The position numbers and the translations under genes were made by a program. A model generated the notes under the pieces. The model did not search any database, was not told the origin of the DNA, and worked only from the letters and a program-made list of their open reading frames with translations. From Octopus vulgaris (taxonomy: Eukaryota), in assembly GCA_951406725.2 (NCBI GenBank), contig OX597814.1, positions 100,192,001 to 100,256,000 of the forward strand: a DNA stretch of 64,000 nt. Direction: 5' to 3'. Position 1 is the stretch's first letter; each line of letters starts with the position of its first letter. Shown one piece after another: positions 15,238 to 30,062 of the stretch.

Positions 15238-16117
15238 AGACTATTTGTACATATAAGTATGAATATAGATGTGCGCATCTATCTATCAATCATTGTCTCT
15301 CTCTCTCTCTCTTTCTCCCTACAAATATATATATGATATATATATATATATGCATGTGTATATATTTAAATGCATCCATGTGTATATATATATGCACATC
15401 ATATATATACATATATATTTATGTGTTTATATATATATATATGCATGTTTATATGTATGTATTTATATAGCACACATACATGTGGTCACCGGGGTAATGA
15501 CAAAATAAGAGAGATAGAGGGAAAGGGAGAAAGTGAAGGAGAAAGGAAGAAAGAGAAAGAGAGAGAGTGAGAGAGAGTCAGGCGGTTTGATTAAAATAAT
15601 TGTGTTTTCAACTTCCTGCAAATATAATACGATTTTGTCTGGATGTAAATTTAAACTTGTCCGTATGTCACATTCTAGATATCGATTATTTGGACCTAAA
15701 GCGGAAAATTCAGAGAAGCGATTGGTTCTCTCTAAATGTGACTAGTGAGGAGGACACTACTGGGATGATATGGATACTGATGTTGATACTGGAGATGGTT
15801 TTGTTGTTATTGTTATTGTTGTTAGTGGTGGTAGTCGAGATGCTTTTCTTGTGAATGTAATAGTCTTGGTCGTGGTAGCGTTGACTATGGAAGGATTTTG
15901 CTTCAGGTGTGGGTAAATGATAGTAGAATCGAGGTGAAGATGATTATAAACTGGATACATGTTGTTATCATGGTCGTGGTCGTCTAAATTATGTCAACAG
16001 TAGCACCATAACTACCACTAGTATAGGCACTGGTTGCTAATCGTAGAAGATTAGGTGAGAAAGCGGTAACATTAGAGCCGTTATTGTTGAGTGACATTCA
16101 GATTCAATGCCATTGGG

Positions 16118-16663
<546 letters not shown>

Positions 16664-17225
16664 GGTATATAGATAGACAGATAGATAGATATGTCTGTAC
16701 ATATGAACATCATATACACATATACAAATACACACTCACCCACTTACCCCAAAACAGTTAGGATGCAATTTGATGGAAGATAAAAGCGCAGTGTTAGTGT
16801 TAAGTGTTGACAGGTTGCTGTTAATGATTATGATGGACAGATGTAAAAAAGTCACGAAGCTGTTGGGGAAAGAGTTAGAGGCACAGATGGCAGGGATGTT
16901 GGTCGTGATGAATGACAAAGAATGATGACGGTTAAGATAATACAGAACCTAATCATTATGACAATATTGCTGATGTGGCTGGCGATGATAATGATGACGA
17001 TGGGGATGATGACGAGGGCGACGACTATGAGGATAAAAGTGGTCGGTTTTGTGGTAAGAGTGGTAATCATCAAAGCAAATTAACTAATGTTTACGTGTGT
17101 GTGCGTGTGTGTATGTATGTATACTTAACATGTGTGTGTGTTTATTCTACATATTTATATATACATATTTATATAGTTATATATATATATATATAGTTAT
17201 ACATATACATATATATATATTTATA

Positions 17226-17270
<45 letters not shown>

Positions 17271-17395
17271 TTACATATATACATATATATATATATATAC
17301 ATATATACATATATATATACATATATATATACATATATGTATATATGTATATATGTATATATATGTTTATGCATATATACATGTATATCTATCTT

Positions 17396-17434
<39 letters not shown>

Positions 17435-18529
17435 ATATACAATAAACACACACGCAGAGAGAGCGAGAAAGGGAGAAAGAGAGAGAATGGGAAGGAAGCA
17501 CGATGGATGAGAAATAGGGACTTAGTGGGGAAAATGTCAGTATTCACAAATTTACCTATATTTCTCTGAACAAAATTATAGGTAAGCGTGTGAATGGTAG
17601 TAAGAGGATGGGTAATATTACGATAGAAATATAATCTAAGTGCGAAGGGGGACGCGGAAAAGGTAGAGATGAGGGGGACAAAAATAAGAGGAAATGGGAG
17701 TGGAATAAGGAGGATGGGAAAGCGGGGTGGAGGATTAAGGAAGATCTGGATATGAATGAGATTACAGGAGAGAAGGAGAGTATAAACATTAAAGCAAAGT
17801 GAATATGGTTAAGTGTGGATTGCTTTGCATTCATTGATGGTTGAACCAGTATCCGGATAAAAGCTGGTGTAATATTTGAATTGTTATGATAGGTAGCTAA
17901 ATTTCATGTTGAAAAGTGCGTGTGTGCTTGTAGCACATACACACACACACACACACACGCAAACACATACACACACACATATAATATATAAGTACACCCT
18001 TCTCTACATCCAAAGCAATTTAATTGTGTGCGCATATATAATTTCAAATGTACATCTTTCTCTGCATGTGTGTGTATGTGTGTGTATGTGTGTGTATATT
18101 CGTATAATGAGTATCCATGTTTATATGAATGTATGTATACACTTTTCACTCTGTCACAATTATGGTGCGCACTCAAGCCAGAGACACACTCTTTCACACA
18201 CTCGTAACCCCTGAGCCTTGTGTGTATATACATATCTAGAAATAAATGGGATATATAGAGAGAGACAGACAGAGAGAGGGTGGGAGAGAGAGAATAAGAG
18301 AAAGGAAGAGATAGAAAGAGAGAGATAATGGGTGAGTGTCAAGAAAATTATGGCGGAATTGACAGAAAGGAAGGAAGCTGAGGTGATGGGTAAATAGACA
18401 GACGTAACCTTGTTGTCCTTGTGTTATGATGAAGGTTATCCTCTCTGTTAAGTTCTTCAATATCTCTAAAGCAGGATAAGGGAGTCAGAACCGGTTTTGA
18501 TATGTTGTAGTTGTTGAAATTTAGCTTTA

Positions 18530-19040
18530 GGCATCTGCTGTATCTAGTTGAACTATGGTCAACGGATTTTCAACCTGGATAATCTCATTTGATCTTTTTA
18601 TAGACTTATTTATTCATGTATTTATTTATTTATTATCATTGTCACTGGTTTTTGAATATCCACAAGACTGACTGTCGAATGTGTTACTGCTTTCATAAAG
18701 AGCGTTGGATATGATTTAAGTGAAAATTGGCTGGATATTTCTAGCAGATCGTCTGACTGTGTCAATGTCTTCTAGCAGATCATCTGAGTGTGCCAGTGTC
18801 TCCCTCTCTAACTCTACATTTTAATAGTTATTGCTGTGATCGATCAATCAGAAGTCAACTTTGATCAGTCAGACAAGAGATCAAAGGCATTTCCACGGTA
18901 ACCATCCAGTCTATATATTTTAAAATTTAAGACACTGTGCATCATGTGTACATTATCAGGATTCCCTATATTTTTATGAAGTCAGTCATGTGTGATTTGA
19001 AGTAGCATAGGCTACTATTTCTAATAAGTCGATCGTCTTC
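18530..19040 (+). repeat. Two old copies of an unclassified dispersed repeat (motif tgatttga...tggctgctatttctagcag)
   Basis: The motif occurs at about 18710 and 18990, with related copies at about 7255 (+), 11975 (-), 38410 (-) and 45176 (-). Confidence 0.45.
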
Positions 19041-19544
19041 TATATAGACAAGTAGGTACCACTCCATTCATACATGCATTCGTTTGTTCAATGACTGTTG
19101 CCGAGTTTATTGAGAGAAATACGATAGTGAAGGATCAGCACTGAATTGAGAAAATGGCGGTTTTACAATGTTACTGAAATGGGAGATAACATTAACATTG
19201 GGCTTAGAGAAGCGGAAAAAAATTTAGTGGTTAGAGTGAGCTCATAATTATTCAAAGCAACTCAATCTATAACTGTTATTTATGATTTATCGACTCGCAT
19301 CAGTGCACGCAAAGCATTGGTGATAGAAGCATGAGATTTTGATTGTTCAATCATCCCTTCAGAATATTTTCTTTTTCTTTCTTTTTTTCTCTTTTCTTTT
19401 TTTCTTCACCCCTTATTTCCTTTTCAGTAAAATATTTACAGATATTTGTGATTTGTGAATTGGATTTGAAACATTTCAAATAGAAAGCAGTTTACATTTT
19501 AATTTCAAACAATGAAAATAAGATAGCTCTTATTATTATTATCC

Positions 19545-19610
<66 letters not shown>
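19545..19610. repeat. (ATT)n microsatellite
   Basis: Visible directly. Confidence 0.95.
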
Positions 19611-19614
<4 letters not shown>

Positions 19615-20548
19615 TGTTCTTTTCATTATCATCATCGTCATCATTCTTCATCACCATTACTACTATTTTAAAGGATAAATCATATTAGCAATAAATGAAA
19701 ACAAATGTTTTCCCAAATTTTCCATGTTTTGTTACTTTCTTTTTCTAGCTAGTATTTTCATTTAGAAGTAACATTATTTATATACATACATCAGATTTTG
19801 TTTGAGAAAATTTGCATTTGATAACAAGCAAATTTCAATTAAAATATAGAGGGTTTAATCATTTTCAATTTTCCTTCTCTTTTTCTTCTTCTGAATAAAT
19901 GATTAATTTAAAACTTACAGATTTTGTATAAATAAGGGTATATATAACCATCCCCACCTTACATAACGACACACACACACATATATATATGCATGAATAT
20001 GAATACGTACATATCCCAATGTATGCATATATATATATATATGTGTGCGTGTATATATATATATATATATATGTAAATAAGTACATGTATATATATATAT
20101 ACACACACATAACTACATAAATGAATACACATTCATAAATACATATATATACAAAACTACACATACACACGCACACACACACAGATACACATATATATAT
20201 ATATATATATGCATGCATACATATGCAAACACACTCGCAAAATGGGCGCACACAAAGAACATACACGTACAAGTTTTAATCAAACCCGAGTATTCTGAAG
20301 CGACAGAATTTTGTTCTAAAGGCGTATATAATTACATTAAGTTTTATGACACAAACATAAAACAATTTCTCATTTATTTATCTATATGTTCTATTCAGTT
20401 CTTATAGGTAATATTAAACTGGAATATTGTATAATAATAGCATTAAAAAATTCTGCATAATTTATGTGAATTTTCATAATATTTATTACAGACGAACACA
20501 GCTTATGTACGTGAGTGTGTCTATGTGTATATATGAATGTATATATGT

Positions 20549-20596
<48 letters not shown>

Positions 20597-20646
20597 GTAT
20601 CGACATCTATCTATAAATACATAATTAATGATATATATTTAAGTAC

Positions 20647-20677
<31 letters not shown>

Positions 20678-21190
20678 GCAGTGACTCGATCAATTCCTAG
20701 GAATATCTAAGGAAGGAATTTTTATATTCCGAAATATTATATCATATCAGACTATGGATGATTAAATTATAACAGTTATTATAATCCGTTGTTGTTATTA
20801 TAGTGCATTGTTGTGACATTCAGGACACATTATATGTTTATATATAAATATATTTGCATACATGCATATATATATGTAAATACATACAAATATATATACA
20901 TACGTGCATATATATATATGTATACATATACATGTATATATACATATATAAATATATATATACATACATGCATGTAAATATATATATATATATATGTATA
21001 CGTATATATATATATATATATCTACATATATATATATATATATATAAGCATATATATATATATATATACATATACAAATTTATATACATATATATATATA
21101 TATATATACATATACAATTTATATACATATACAATATATATATAACATATATATATATATATACATATACATATTTATATACATATACAA

Positions 21191-21242
<52 letters not shown>

Positions 21243-21446
21243 TTTTGGTGCGAATGGTGTTTTTGCACAGCGCCGAGTTTACGATCCTGTAAATAATAAT
21301 AATGGTATCTTTATATAAGCTTAAAGCTTATGGCGATCACCAAAGTCATAGATACGTACGTACCTAGACAAAAAAGATAGATGAATAAATAGACAGACAG
21401 ATTGACAGATAAATACATAGCTGGAAACAGATATATACATGCAAAG

Positions 21447-21516
<70 letters not shown>

Positions 21517-21697
21517 GTGCGTGCACATATTGTTTACATATATATATATTGGTTATTAGAAACGGATTTCTGAAGGTGTTTACTGCTTTCCTCACAGTTA
21601 AGGATCCAAAATAGTTTAATCAACGGTTAGTATTAATGTATAAAAATAAATTAACGCTAATGCTAATGATACTTCGTAATAATCCTTACTAATATTA

Positions 21698-21788
<91 letters not shown>

Positions 21789-22381
21789 ATATATATATAT
21801 ACCTACAGCTAGCTAGATGCAAAGATGGATAGATATACATAATTAAACACGCACTCACACATACATATACACACGCACACAAATAATTATGAGGGTGTAT
21901 ATACATAGATCTGTGGATATAGAAAATATATAGAAAATATAAGTACATTAACATACACACATAATTTTTGAGCGAAATTGTTAAATACACAAAATTGCTA
22001 TTACATAGCACAATTGCAGTAACAACATTAAAAAACTCACATAAACACACACACATATACGCACACACAAGCACAACACACGCATACATATGCAGATACA
22101 TGCAGACACTTGGCAGACAGTAGACTGTCGGTGAGGGAATATTTAATGAGTTTGTTGACAAAACAACACACACACACACACACACACAATCACACACACA
22201 TACACACACACACATACACACACACACACATATTTGTTTGCATACACATAGAGAAATATAACTGTCACAAATTATCAAACGCTGCCTAAGCTAAATCATG
22301 TTAACAAGAGAACCGGTCATCAGCCAAACCAATACAACCACAAACAGAAGTGATGACCACACACGCTGATTGTGGTAGTAG

Positions 22382-22424
<43 letters not shown>

Positions 22425-22509
22425 TGTTGTTGTTGTAGTAGTATTTAGTAGTACTAGTCAAACAACGCCTGTACTCAATACATATATGTATCCATACACA
22501 CACACATAC

Positions 22510-22567
<58 letters not shown>

Positions 22568-22766
22568 TAAGGATATATACCTATTGATATATACCTAAAG
22601 GCGTACACCCACAAACATGTACACATATAAATACACATCACACATAAAACGTAAATGAACATGTATTTATATATGTATACACACATATATATATTATGTG
22701 ATATATTGTATATTATACAAATATCTATATAATGTATATTTATATATATATATAAGTAAATATATA

Positions 22767-22826
<60 letters not shown>

Positions 22827-22996
22827 CATATATATACGTATATATATATAAGTGTGTATATATATATATATATATATATAACAAATTGAGGATTAACTTG
22901 CGAAATTTTGGATATATTAATCCCTTATGAAGATAAGACATCATCGAATCGACCGAATACTATATATATATACATACACACACATTATATATATAT

Positions 22997-23053
<57 letters not shown>

Positions 23054-24067
23054 GTATGTATGTATGTATGTATATTCGCTCATTTTTAAATAAGTACATA
23101 TAAACATTGTATTTATGTGTGTATGTGTACCTATGTATATTTCGAAATTAGAGCTTCATAGTTCAATGCGACCTTTGTTTTACAATAGTTGAACCGAGGA
23201 CAATTTTGTTTGTTATCCCTACATGATCGAAGGGGCAATGATAACAGTATTGAGTGGACGACATTTGATTACTGATTCATGATAACATAAATTTAGTAGA
23301 AGCATTGAATTATATCGCTGCTGTAGTTGTTGATGTGCTAAGGTTTATACATATAGTGTTATTCTTGTTGTTATTGTTTCTGTTGCGTATATGGCAGCCA
23401 TCTTTGATATTCCAAAAACAAAAAAAATAAATAAATAAACCGGTGCCCGATTTGCAACAAGCATGCCATGTGTTTGCTCGAACACTGCAACAACAACGAC
23501 GACGACGACGACGACGACGACGACAACAACAACAACAACAACAAGAACACTATCAACAACAACGACAATACAGCCGTGTGCTGCAGCTATCAGCTTCTTC
23601 ACGGTAATCAGCAATATTCCTGCAAATATCAGTACGAGCAACAAGCCACCAATATTTTCAAATCACACAATTGTTAATCACTAGATTGTGCACGCGAGCA
23701 CCCTAAACAAATCGCAGCCAGAAGCACCAACAGTACTACTGCTACAATTACCACTACCACTACTACTACTACCACTACCACTACTACTACTACTACTAGT
23801 AGTGTTCCTTGAGGAAATGTAAATTGTATCTGTAATATTCCGTTGGGTTGTCACCACACTTTCTATCTCTCGGCAAGACACTTAACTTTGTGTCTCATAT
23901 TAAATATTCATGGCTATTTAATAAGTAACCATTAACTTAAATGAATGCTTTTTAAAGGAACTTGCTTGTTCTGTTCAACATATGTCTGTATCTGATATCT
24001 CTATTTACATTCATAGACATATATACATACATGTTCTATACGTAATATACATACATACATTATATAT

Positions 24068-24105
<38 letters not shown>

Positions 24106-24109
<4 letters not shown>

Positions 24110-26080
24110 GGTATGTAGAAAAATACAACATGGACAAGAACGTATAACTCTTAGAAGACGACACAATAAACACGGACAGGACATTCGAAACCCTCAGTCT
24201 TCAGTCAAGAACCGGATCATCGTAGTAATTTCGGCTGATTAATCTTGAGATTACTAGATCACGGCCAGCCCTCCAAGAAAAACCAAGCAACGAGCATTAG
24301 AAAAACTAAGCTGGAAGCGTAGATTTCCTGGAAGAAGGATCGAATGCATACGAACACCAGGACAGCAAAAGGGACAGATATAAAAAAACAAAAAACAATA
24401 ATGGAATACAGAAACATGAAATACAGAAGCATTAACGGTGAAAACAACAGTGTCTTACGACTGATAACAAGCAAACAAATTTTTTCTCTGGCGCAATGGA
24501 AAAAGCCTTTATAGTGGCGGACGAAAACAGCGATGTTAACAGAACGAGGGTCAGAGGCTGAAAGGCAGATTTCGGCCAACAGTCACGTGACAGAGAAGAG
24601 GGAAAAGAAAAGAAAGAGAAGCAAAGGAAGAGAGAGAGAGAGGAGGGACAAACGCAACAAAGAGAGAGAAGAGAGAGAAAGGAGGAATCAGAGAGGAGAA
24701 GGGATGGGTGTCGAAGAATGACCTGTGAGTGCAGAGCGAGACAAAGAAATAGGAGGGTAGTGGAAGACTAGACCAAAGAATCAGAGGAAAGAGAAGAGAA
24801 AAAGAGGATGAGTAGAGAGAAAAGAGAGAGAGGGGGACAGATCAAGTAAAAATGAGAGAGAGAGAGAGACAAACAGAGAGTCGTACCAATTATTAAGAAT
24901 ATGTGCTCACATAAATGTTAAGGGGGTACGGGGCGCCTGGAATATATGTTAAGGTATGTAGAAAAATACAACATGGACAAGAACGTATAACTCTTAGAAG
25001 ACGACACAATAAACACGGACAGGACATTCGAAACCCTCAGTCTTCAGTCAAGAACCGGATCATCGTAGTAATTTCGGCTGATTAATCTTGAGATTACTAG
25101 ATCACGGCCAGCCCTCCAAGAAAAACCAAGCAACGAGCATTAGAAAAACTAAGCTGGAAGCGTAGATTTCCTGGAAGAAGGATCGAATGCATACGAACAC
25201 CAGGACAGCAAAAGGGACAGATATAAAAAAACAAAAAACAATAATGGAATACAGAAACATGAAATACAGAAGCATTAACGGTGAAAACAACAGTGTCTTA
25301 CGACTGATAACAAGCAAACAAATTTTTTCTCTGGCGCAATGGAAAAAGCCTTTATAGTGGCGGACGAAAACAGCGATGTTAACAGAACGAGGGTCAGAGG
25401 CTGAAAGGCAGATTTCGGCCAACAGTCACGTGACAGAGAAGAGGGAAAAGAAAAGAAAGAGAAGCAAAGGAAGAGAGAGAGAGAGGAGGGACAAACGCAA
25501 CAAAGAGAGAGAAGAGAGAGAAAGGAGGAATCAGAGAGGAGAAGGGATGGGTGTCGAAGAATGACCTGTGAGTGCAGAGCGAGACAAAGAAATAGGAGGG
25601 TAGTGGAAGACTAGACCAAAGAATCAGAGGAAAGAGAAGAGAAAAAGAGGATGAGTAGAGAGAAAAGAGAGAGAGGGGGACAGATCAAGTAAAAATGAGA
25701 GAGAGAGAGAGACAAACAGAGAGTCGTACCAATTATTAAGAATATGTGCTCACATAAATGTTAAGGGGGGTACGGGGCGCCTGGAATATATGTTAAGGTA
25801 TGTAGAAAAATACAACATGGACAAGAACGTATAACTCTTAGAAGACGACACAATAAACACGGACAGGACATTCGAAACCCTCAGTCTTCAGTCAAGAACC
25901 GGATCATCGTAGTAATTTCGGCTGATTAATCTTGAGATTACTAGATCACGGCCAGCCCTCCAAGAAAAACCAAGCAACGAGCATTAGAAAAACTAAGCTG
26001 GAAGCGTAGATTTCCTGGAAGAAGGATCGAATGCATACGAACACCAGGACAGCAAAAGGGACAGATATAAAAAAACAAAA

Positions 26081-26087
<7 letters not shown>
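24106..26087 (-). repeat. Tandem array of an 843-bp unit (843+844+295 bp) within (TA)n; retrozyme or Penelope-derived concatemer candidate
   Basis: ttaaggtatgtagaaaaatac starts at 24106, 24949 and 25793. The only difference noticed is one extra G in a G-run. (TA)n lies on both sides. Confidence 0.95.
24194..24270 (-). ncRNA. Candidate non-circularly permuted hammerhead-like motif (also 25037-25113 and 25881-25957)
   Basis: Minus strand: TAGTAAT-C-TCAAGA ttaa TCAGCC-GAA-ATTACTA ... TCTTGA-CTGAAGA-CTGA. A perfect 7-bp stem III and 6-bp stem I abut the core; stem II is irregular. Confidence 0.45.
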
Positions 26088-26129
<42 letters not shown>

Positions 26130-26130
26130 T

Positions 26131-26186
26131 GGTGGTACCCCAGCATGACCCCCAGCTTTGAAGCTGAAACAATTTAAATATTAAAG

Positions 26187-26189
<3 letters not shown>
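26131..26189 (+). mobile_element. Solo LINE/SINE 3' tail in (TA)n
   Basis: ggtggtaccccagcatgacc...gctgaaac, the same tail as at 45500, 59255 and 61700. Confidence 0.7.
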
Positions 26190-26231
<42 letters not shown>

Positions 26232-26405
26232 CGTTCTGTATATTAACAAGTATAAATTCGAAGCCAAGTACAGTTAGTTTAATATTTCTTAAAACGAAAT
26301 ACTATTAATGCACAGCTGGTTCGGTTTTAAACATAAATCATCAAAACTATGTTGAACTCTAGTCGTGTAAAGCAATGTACATCTATAGCACATATATGTA
26401 TATAT

Positions 26406-26438
<33 letters not shown>

Positions 26439-26439
<1 letters not shown>

Positions 26440-26641
26440 TTCTTTATTGCCCACAAGGGGCTATGCATAGAGGGGACAAACAAGGACAGAAATGGAATTA
26501 AGTCGATTACATCAACCTCAGTGCGTAATTTAATCGACCCCGAAAGGATGAAAGGCAAAGTTGACCTCGTCAGAATTTGAACTCAGAACGTAGCGGCAGA
26601 CGGAATACCGCTAAGCATTTCGCCCGGCTAGCTCGTCGCCC
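26439..26641 (-). mobile_element. SINE family B copy (small internal deletions)
   Basis: Highly similar to 29334-29562; flanked by TA tracts. Confidence 0.85.
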
Positions 26642-26645
26642 TAAG

Positions 26646-26677
<32 letters not shown>

Positions 26678-26688
26678 CTTATATATAC

Positions 26689-26781
<93 letters not shown>

Positions 26782-27269
26782 TACACTCACACATACATAA
26801 AGAGAGAAAGACGTATATCTTTTGCTTTTGTACCTATCTATCTATCGATGTAAATATATATATATATATTGTAATCTCGCTTAGCCATGGCTGCATCAAC
26901 GAGCACTTGTTACAAATATACTAGTACCTTGTAGTATTACTAAGTTCAATTTAGATTATATGTAGGACTGAATCCGAAACTGCATTATTGCAAATGCTCA
27001 CAATCAAAGAGCAATTCCACGCCTATACTCATTTTCAATATCTTACGTCCGATTTTTTCTCAATCAGAAATCGGTTTCCATTATTCAAACTTAAGTCAAA
27101 CTGGAGAAAGCTTTGCATGATTTTATTAGGATAGAGAATGGGCAAACGTTTATCGCAATTTTATCACCACTAAAATGCTCGTCTGAAAATGAACTCGGAA
27201 CGTAAGGAGCATGTATACATGCCGCTATGTACACCATCACTTGATATAACGTATAGGTCCCTTCGCCTT

Positions 27270-27610
27270 CAGTATTGCTAATAAGGGGAGGGGGAAATCT
27301 GTTACGTCTACATGTACTTATCTCATCGATCCCGAAAGGAAGAAAAGTTAAGTCGACCGCAGCGGAATTTGAACTCAAAATGAAAGTAGGGCAAAATGCT
27401 TGCAAACTATATGCCAGCTCGCCGCTTTTTATCTGACTGCAAATAATTCATTCTCTCAAAAATAGGCACGAGCCCTGAAATTTAGTGGGAAGACGATAAT
27501 CACTTACATCAATTATCCAATTTTATTGGAACCTCAACGAAATTTGAACTCAGAACACAAAGTTGCTACGCATTTTATCCAGCCTGCTAAAGATTCTGCT
27601 AACTTGCCAT
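27270..27610 (-). mobile_element. Two degenerate SINE family B copies in tandem
   Basis: gaatttgaactca at about 27365 and 27540; heads tgccagctcgccgc and ttctgctaacttgcc. Confidence 0.6.
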
Positions 27611-28701
27611 TTCGTCAATAATGCTACAATTTATTTAGTAATAATTTTAACATGACGCACGAAGGGTTTTTTTTGTCCATTAAAATCTACACTTAAGATT
27701 TTGATTGGCACTGTATTTTCTCATGCTAGGATGGGACTTGAATTCAGTGTTTAAAGTGCCGTCTAGAATAAGGATCGTTGCTTCCGGTTTGTTATGAATG
27801 TGTGGTACTCGCGGAAAATATCTTGTAATATATCCTCGGTTGATAGGGTGAAATAGGGTAAGAGAACCTTCACAGAAGCTCGTCTCGTGTATGTGTACAC
27901 ATATACATATATACATACACAGTCATATTTATATATTTACGTATTTATAAACATACATACATATAACATAAATATATATGATAAATATATATACATATAA
28001 CATATATATGATATATTTGACATGTGTGTGTGTCAGTGTGTGTATACATGTATTGCGTGTGACTATGGTTATATTATACATAGCTTTAAAAAAGCTTTCT
28101 TCTTTATGCTGGACTCCTTTCAATCACGTAACTTATTGAATTCGATACGGATCGATAAAATAAATACAGTATTTCAAAATGAGCAATGGTATAGATATAT
28201 GGCCAAGCCGACAACAAAATCGCATGTAGACGATGCCCCAGCACGGCGGTAGTCTAATACCCTAACCAATGAAATGCTTTGAGAGAAGGGAAGATTTACA
28301 AGACAACACATTTTTCAAAGGTGCTAGAAGAATCAATGGAATCTGACTATTTTCCGTAACCCGGTTACACTATTTTATTGGCTCCTCCTCCTTCCGAAAC
28401 GAGGAAAGATTAGGTGAACGATAATACCATAAGGTAAAGGTGATATATTAAGCGAGAGAAAAAATCTTTCATGAAATTGACCTTGGTGCTTATTTTTGTC
28501 AACTGTGTTCAGATGAAAGCAAAGAATACAGAGTTTACGGCAGCGAGAAAACTTCAAGGAATATTAAATACTCCAATATCAAATACTGAATAAAGAATGT
28601 GTAGCAGATTACAACGAAAGAAATTTTTTTTCTTGGGAGAAATGGTAAAATGCCGAAAGAATAAAACATAGCTACAACTAATATGAACTAGATTTCGTGC
28701 A

Positions 28702-29086
28702 TCTCTCTCTATATAAACGGCAGTTTGTCTGTGCGTGTTTCTGTGTGTCTGTTTTCTCGTACCCTCACTCTGACCACGGCTTTCAACCGATTCTGATGAA
28801 ACTTGACACACACATAGCCCAATGTCATAATTCAAAACTAACGCAGCGAAAATTTTGAAAAGTTCCCCCAGTTCTGAAAAAAATCGATAAATTCGACATG
28901 GGGTCGAGAATTAGAAACCCAAACCACAGACCGTCTAGGGGACGCAACTCTACCTTTTTTAACTCTCAAAAAAAATTTACCATCATTTGTTTTCCATTTT
29001 TTTGCTATTTTTTGGCTATAACTCTCTAAAAATGCTTTATAGTTATTTCCCTTACAAACCTGAGCAACGCCGGGCGATACTGCTAG
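28702..29086 (+). mobile_element. Non-autonomous Helitron, complete (385 bp)
   Basis: 5'-TC start, 3'-CTAG end, subterminal hairpin cctgagc-aac-gccggg, inserted between A (28701) and T (29087) with no TSD. A second copy lies at 62309. Confidence 0.85.
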
Positions 29087-29333
29087 TTATTGCTAAAAGA
29101 CGAAAAGGTGAAGTAAAAGTAGAACGGGATGGAAGCCGGAAGGTTGAAGACAACGATAGTGATGATTGACGGTAAGGGGGATGACGACGAAGTTGAAGAT
29201 GGTGATGACGACGACGATGATGCAATATACATACATATATATATATACACATATATATACACATGTATATATGCATACATATATATATATGTATGTATGT
29301 ATATATGCATATATGTGCTTCAATATATATAGA

Positions 29334-29562
29334 TTTCTTAACTACCCACAAGAGGCTAAACCCAGAGGGGACAAACAAGGACAGACAAAGGGATTAAATC
29401 GATTACATCGACCCCAGTACGCAACTGGTACTTAATTTATCGACCCCCGAAAGGATGAAAAGCAAAGTCGACCTCGGCGGAATTTGAACTCAGAACGTAA
29501 CGACAGACGAAATACGGCTACGCATTTCGCCCGGCGTGCTAACGTTTCTGCCAGCTCGCCGC
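29334..29562 (-). mobile_element. tRNA-derived SINE family B, full length
   Basis: Minus strand gcggcgagctggcagaaacgttagca...gagttcaaattcc (B-box-like)...ggggtcgataaattaagtaccag; many related copies in the window. Confidence 0.85.
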
Positions 29563-29981
29563 TTGAATATATATATGTTAGCGTCCACGCATACATAGGC
29601 CACACACACCACATAAACACACAACACACATACGTCCCACGCGCACTCCCCCTTCACGCACACACACACAGTTTTATAAATATGTGTGTTCGAGTCTCTT
29701 GTTATCGGAGTAAAAGAAGGAAAAGAAACGGGTGGAAGGGGTAAATTATGACGTGTATATTTAAATATCATATCAGTGCGTATGTAAACATACAAACACG
29801 CATTTACATACATATACACACATACACAAATATACATCATATAACGTATACGTATGTGTGTGTGCGCGTGTGTTTGTAGTTGTTTGTATGTATAATCAAA
29901 TGAATATATATGTGTATATATGTGTGTGTATATATATATGTATATGTATATAAATATATATATATATGTATATGTATATAA

Positions 29982-30018
<37 letters not shown>

Positions 30019-30027
30019 TGTATATAA

Positions 30028-30062
<35 letters not shown>

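Noticed and set aside
23390-23410. YY1-like AAGATGGCTGCC on the minus strand (also AAAATGGCGG at about 19151) as promoter evidence
   Set aside because: Isolated short motifs with no supporting exon or ORF.
24259-24579. 106-aa hydrophobic ORF, repeated at 25102-25422
   Set aside because: It is the T-rich strand of an A-rich repeat unit, has no recognisable domain and recurs only because of the tandem duplication.
28790-28810. CTGATGAAAC, resembling a hammerhead core
   Set aside because: There is no room for stem II; it is an internal motif of the Helitron.
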